DNA of 64,000 nucleotides from Schmidtea polychroa (Eukaryota): NCBI GenBank assembly GCA_044892525.1, contig CM097888.1, positions 36,580,001 to 36,644,000 of the forward strand, read 5' to 3'. Shown piece by piece: positions 59,700 to 64,000 of this stretch (position 1 is its first letter; each line of letters starts with the position of its first letter). The notes under the pieces were generated by a model. It saw only the letters and a program-made list of their open reading frames with translations, ran no database searches and was not told where the DNA came from. The position numbers and the translations under genes were made by a program.

Positions 59700-60480
59700 A
59701 AATTTGGATTTCATATAGATTTCAATATTATTGAATGATTGGGGTAAAGATAGTTTAAGTTTCATATGAGTTTTAGGTGCCTTGGAAGATTCATTTTAGA
59801 ATTTTCAGGAATTTAGATGATTACAGATTATGATGAAAGAAAATTAATTGCGGCTCAATGGTGATTGGTCTATATTCGGATGTCGAGTCTGACAGATAGT
59901 GCTAGAGACAAAAATGGACCAATGAAATGAGCGAGGATCCGGTTAATAGATGATTGAAAAAGAACAAAGAGCTACATTGCGAAATTTCTATCACAATGGA
60001 AATAAAAATATGACTTGTCATGTCTAACTTTATCTTTGTGTCATCTTGTGTTTACAGTGGAGATTTTAATTTAAAAGTAAAACGACCAAATTATTAACGA
60101 TAAGTTTAGATAAGTAATTGTTTTTGACAACTAGTGACTTTTAAATAAACTGAAAAGATTATTAAAATAAAAAATTAAAATCTATTGATCTTGAGATAAG
60201 AGAACGTACTTCAACTAACAGTCAGAAGCGGCTTGTCAGACAGAAAGAGCGGAATCGATGGTACAGAAATGCCGTCGAATGGAAGCGACATGATTCCGAT
60301 CGGAACAAGTGCGCAAGCTAAATCAGAAAATCGAGTCTATCGAGAAGTCTCGGGTCGAGGATCAAGAGATCATTCGCGATCTCAACATCATAATCCGGGA
60401 CCAATCACAGCGGATTTTAGAACTGTAAGTAGACCACACCGAGAACGAGCTTTTTTAACCAATTTTGGCGTTAATCTCAA
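59700..60480 (+). mobile_element. Possible LTR remnant ending in a PBS-like TGGCGTT (60466)
   Basis: GC-richer non-coding block with motifs shared with 11488-12260. Boundaries unclear. Confidence 0.3.
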
Positions 60481-61462
60481 GAAATCCAAAAATCCTAGCA
60501 AATGAGAAATGGCCATGTAAGTCCAGGCCAGGAAAGTTGGAGCGGAAGCGATTCATGGATTTAAAAAGGAGTGCCAATGCAGCTCAGAAAAAATGAAGAT
60601 AAAACATTTCCTATGGATTGCATCATTGAAATTGTTTGCATAGTTGTGTAAATAAATTTGCTAACCTCTTCGTCTTTGTTTGAATTCGTTATCTTAAAAA
60701 GATTTTAATAAATTGATTAAATAGGGCAGGCGGTCCTGTTTAGAAATAAGTTTTAATTAAGAAAACGATAAACAATATCAAATAAGACGTCTGGATCATT
60801 CTTTAATATTAGAGTTTTAAGTAAATCATGAATTTTGATTATGTAATTTAAGCAATTAATTAAAAACTCAAATTTTAAAATTTCATTTATATTTATTCAA
60901 ATAATAAATTAAATCGCTTTGAAAATTTGTTTAAAACGATTAATTAAATTCTCAGTTATTCTGAATAATAATTTTAAAATATTGAAGATTTAAAATGGCC
61001 ATTTAGTTGATTTCAACAATTTTCGGAGATATCTTGATAAATTTATTTTACTCAAAATAATAGAAGACTACGATAAAAAACATTTTGATACATTTTACTT
61101 TTGAATATGATATTTTCACCAAAGCCTATTGTGATTTTAACAAAATGTTAGCGGAAATGGGTATTAAATTGGCATGGGTTGTCGATGGAATAAAGTATAT
61201 ATTTTAGACAGATTATTTTATTTATTCCATTTCTAAAACATGATTTTGATGAGATGGTTTTTGCTCACATTGTCTGATCAGGATTGTGATTATTTAGAAT
61301 TTGTTGATTCCATTTTTAAAAGCTGTCGCGATCGAGAACCTATTACCGATTTGGATAATTATTCTTGGTTCTACAATAAAATGACGTTTGTTAAGGAACT
61401 GAAAGTAATTTAATTTGACTTTTTCATTTGTTTAGTTAGTAGGCAAATAACCTCAAACTACT

Positions 61463-62472
61463 TTAAATCGAGCTTATAATTAAAGAAATTATATTATTCA
61501 AAATATTTAATAACCGGTTCGCACCCTCAAAACATTTGAGAACCTGATCGCACTCACCCAAAAAATTAAACATGTAACAAAGTTTTTTCTTTCGTTGATC
61601 TTCCAAAGTTGACGTCGTTATTCCGCAGTTTTCTTCGTTAGTGTTTTGTAATACTTCATTTATAACTGACAGATAAGCAGCAATAATACCTTTTTTGCTT
61701 CTTAATAGGATCTGAGGCCTTACTAAATCGTATGCGATTTCCCAAATAAACGCTTTTCTTTCAGAATCACACATTTTCTCATTGTAAAATTTCTCCAAAT
61801 TACAAGCGTGGCTACACCGCTAACATCAATCAAATTCTGAAAATATGCAGAAGGCCACCTATTAGTTTTTCGTCTGACAGTAAAATCGTGACATAGTTTG
61901 TTCATTGTATCTACTCCTCCTTTTGTAGCGTTATAAAACAAATTTTGATCAGGTTTTCTTTTATTTTCAGTATCAACATTCATTGTGTGATGTTTCGTAG
62001 ATAACAATAAGACGCATCTATTTTTTTGTGGTACGTACGAAATTATTTACATTGTGTTTCTAAATCCGAAACTTGTGCTTTCAACTTCTTTAGATGGATG
62101 TGGCAAAAATGATTGAGGTATACATGTCTTATTTTTGCGAAGTGTTCCAAAAGTAGTTAAGCCTTTTGACAACAAAGAGTTGGATAGTTCGTAGTTTGTG
62201 AAATAGTTATCGAAAGTTATGTTTCGATTTGAACGATGAAACTCTATGCACAGTTGTTCAACAACATTTTGGGCTAAATTTAATGCTCTCGTCTTACCAT
62301 CTTTGCCCAAATATGGAATTCCTTTCAAAGGATAAGCCGTTTCATTTTCAACAATCCACCAAATTTTTCTTCCATATTTATCTGGTTTACTGGGTATGTA
62401 TTGCTTGAAACTTACTCGTCCACGAAAAGGAACCAACTGCTCATGAATTGTTAAGTTTAGCACAGCAAGCAA
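61463..62472 (-). pseudogene. piggyBac (PGBD4-like) transposase remnant
   Basis: TIHEQLVPFRGR (first catalytic D>H), YIPSKPDKYG, TFDNYFT, GTLRKNK, YNATKGGVDT, RRKTNRWP over three frames. Confidence 0.92.
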
Positions 62473-62496
62473 TAAAAAACATCAATAAACCAAATA

Positions 62497-62989
62497 ATGG
62501 GATCAAACCAAACAAACCCAACAAATATTCCACAAACACCCAACAACTACGAAAATACTCAGACATCGGAAAACACCAACTACTATTACAACCCAAACAC
62601 TAGCACAGAAAACACACATACCATTAATTCAATAATCAATCCAAAAACAAATATCCCCAACTATTTCACAGACGGAAACACTGCTAAAATGGTTAGAATT
62701 CACGAAACTAACCCAAACGCTATCTGGAGTCAAGTCAACAAAATCCCTATGCTCCAACATAATAGCGCCACTCCCAATCAACAAATTAAACGAAATCGCC
62801 GATCATATGAATGAAATATCAATAGATGACGACTTTTTTAGAAAAATGTGTCACATACTGACCAACAAAAACAAAGTCAAAAGAAGGCAAATGCTAGAGT
62901 CATGCCTCAACAATACACAGTTAGGGGACAACAAGCCCACAGATTTAAATCATTTAAACATATTAGTGATCAAAAAAAGATTTGACTAA
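62497..62989 (+). pseudogene. Retrotransposon gag-like remnant
   Basis: QLGDNKPTD resembles the LGDRKPSQ motif of Ty3/Gypsy gag-like proteins. Frameshifted, with an N/T/P-rich N-terminus. Confidence 0.5.
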
Positions 62990-63399
62990 AATAACTTATA
63001 TTTTTAATAACTAATTAGAAAATATTTCTCTTGGCAATTTTAAAAGTTGCTGGAATACTTTTTCTGTATATTTAAATAAAATTTTCTTTATATCATAATA
63101 TATAAATTATTCACAATTTGTTGTAATATTTTATTTTTATTTCCAATAAAAAAGACTATGAAGACTAATAATTGTACTATGAGGTTATAGATTATATTTT
63201 TATCGCTAACGTAGTTTATATTTCATACTTTTATGACCAAATTAAGATTATAATTTATACTCTTATAACTAATATAAGTTTATAATTTATATTGTTATGA
63301 AAATAAGTTTATAGTGTATATTTTCAGAGCTAATATAATTTTATAATTTATACCTTGGTAGCTAATATAAGCTTATAATTTTTGCTCCGTAGCCGACAA

Positions 63400-63790
63400 T
63401 GACTGAAAAAAAATTGGCAACAGATTAAACAATTCTGCTGTTACACAAATAAACTCAAATATAATAATACCTGATTTTCACGAACATATTGAAGAAACAT
63501 CTGTTGTACCTGTAGAAATCGAGGAAGATTTATTTTCAAATACCAATATTAATACCCAATTGCCTGATTGTTGGAATGAAAAGCAAGTTTATTTACAGAA
63601 CAATATAAATGGCTGATAATAAAAGATGGAAAATTAGGATGTAAAGATTTTTCGCAAATTAAATGCTTAGCAACTGAGACAGAAAAAAAAGTACATGTTT
63701 CTAAGGAATGGATTTCGTGTTCCATAACCCCAAATGGAACTAAAAAAGGTAGTAGACAGGCTTCTCTTCGCAAAAAACGCTTGAAAATTC
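63400..63790 (+). pseudogene. KIAA1586-like hAT transposase N-terminal remnant
   Basis: Pieces LPDCWNEKQ, YKWLIIKDGKLGCKD and VSKEWISCSITPNGTKKGSRQASLRKK, broken by frameshifts. Confidence 0.6.
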
Positions 63791-63808
63791 AGGATATTAT
63801 GAAACAGG

Positions 63809-63869
63809 CAGTGGTGTGCTGGAGTCGGCTCGCGCGAGCCGGTTGTTACGGTTTTACCAGCACCCCCTG
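63809..63869. mobile_element. Very short hAT-like terminal remnant
   Basis: CAGTGGTGTGCTGG...CCAGCACCCCCTG imperfect inverted ends around a GGCTCGCGCGAGCC palindrome. Confidence 0.45.
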
Positions 63870-64000
63870 TATATATAATTTAATTTATACTTTGATGAAT
63901 GAGTTAAGTTTATAAATTATATTTTATGAATAATATAATTTCGGCTACTTTATAATTTATTATAGGCTTATAATTCCTGTTTTTATGGATAATCTAAGTT

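Larger units (their letters stand above)
23940..63175. repeat. Locally amplified, rearranged cassette (pieces of 23940-32770 recur at about 32475-38770, 38460-42535, 44905-47325, 58005-59330 and 63110-63175)
   Basis: Long near-identical blocks seen directly. The copies share the junction 25820 to 23940 and the deletions of about 24580-24852 and 25175-26127. Confidence 0.9.

Noticed and set aside
60233-60505. 90-aa ORF MSDRKSG...
   Set aside because: Non-ATG start, lies in an LTR-like non-coding block, and has no recognisable domain.

Overview
AT-rich eukaryotic genomic scaffold with four N-gaps. The 42-52 nt introns, Penelope-like elements (PLEs) and a multi-kb LTR suggest a planarian-like flatworm, which is inference only. 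The left 24 kb holds a minus-strand sulfite oxidase gene (SUOX). Seven exons were reconstructed by hand and the final exon was not found in the window. Its large introns are filled with DNA-transposon debris: a full-length but frameshifted Charlie/SPIN-type hAT with an 8-bp TSD, piggyBac MITEs, and Tc1/mariner and Helitron remnants. From about 24 to 63 kb a rearranged, locally amplified cassette recurs. It carries (i) the 5' end of SUOX, whose copies end in a junction-created stop and give a 100-aa ORF; (ii) a 370-bp insertion with a canonical minimal hammerhead ribozyme, a 67-bp inverted repeat containing the U1 snRNA 5'-end sequence, a 12-bp flanking duplication and an empty paralogous site; (iii) a two-exon gene missed by the ORF track that encodes a 98-aa signal/acidic-pro/KK/6-Cys cationic peptide precursor (two intact copies, one pseudogene); and (iv) an intronless RING-finger gene in two copies, one with a (DDEL)n expansion. 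PLEs with RT and GIY-YIG in separate overlapping frames, and variant hammerhead motifs in their pLTRs, sit at the cassette boundaries. One PLE is interrupted by a 6.3-kb TG...CA element with a 4-bp TSD, probably a giant solo LTR, carrying AT-hook and coiled-coil ORFs. The right end has piggyBac, gag-like and KIAA1586-type hAT remnants. All coordinates were derived by eye and no database searches were run.
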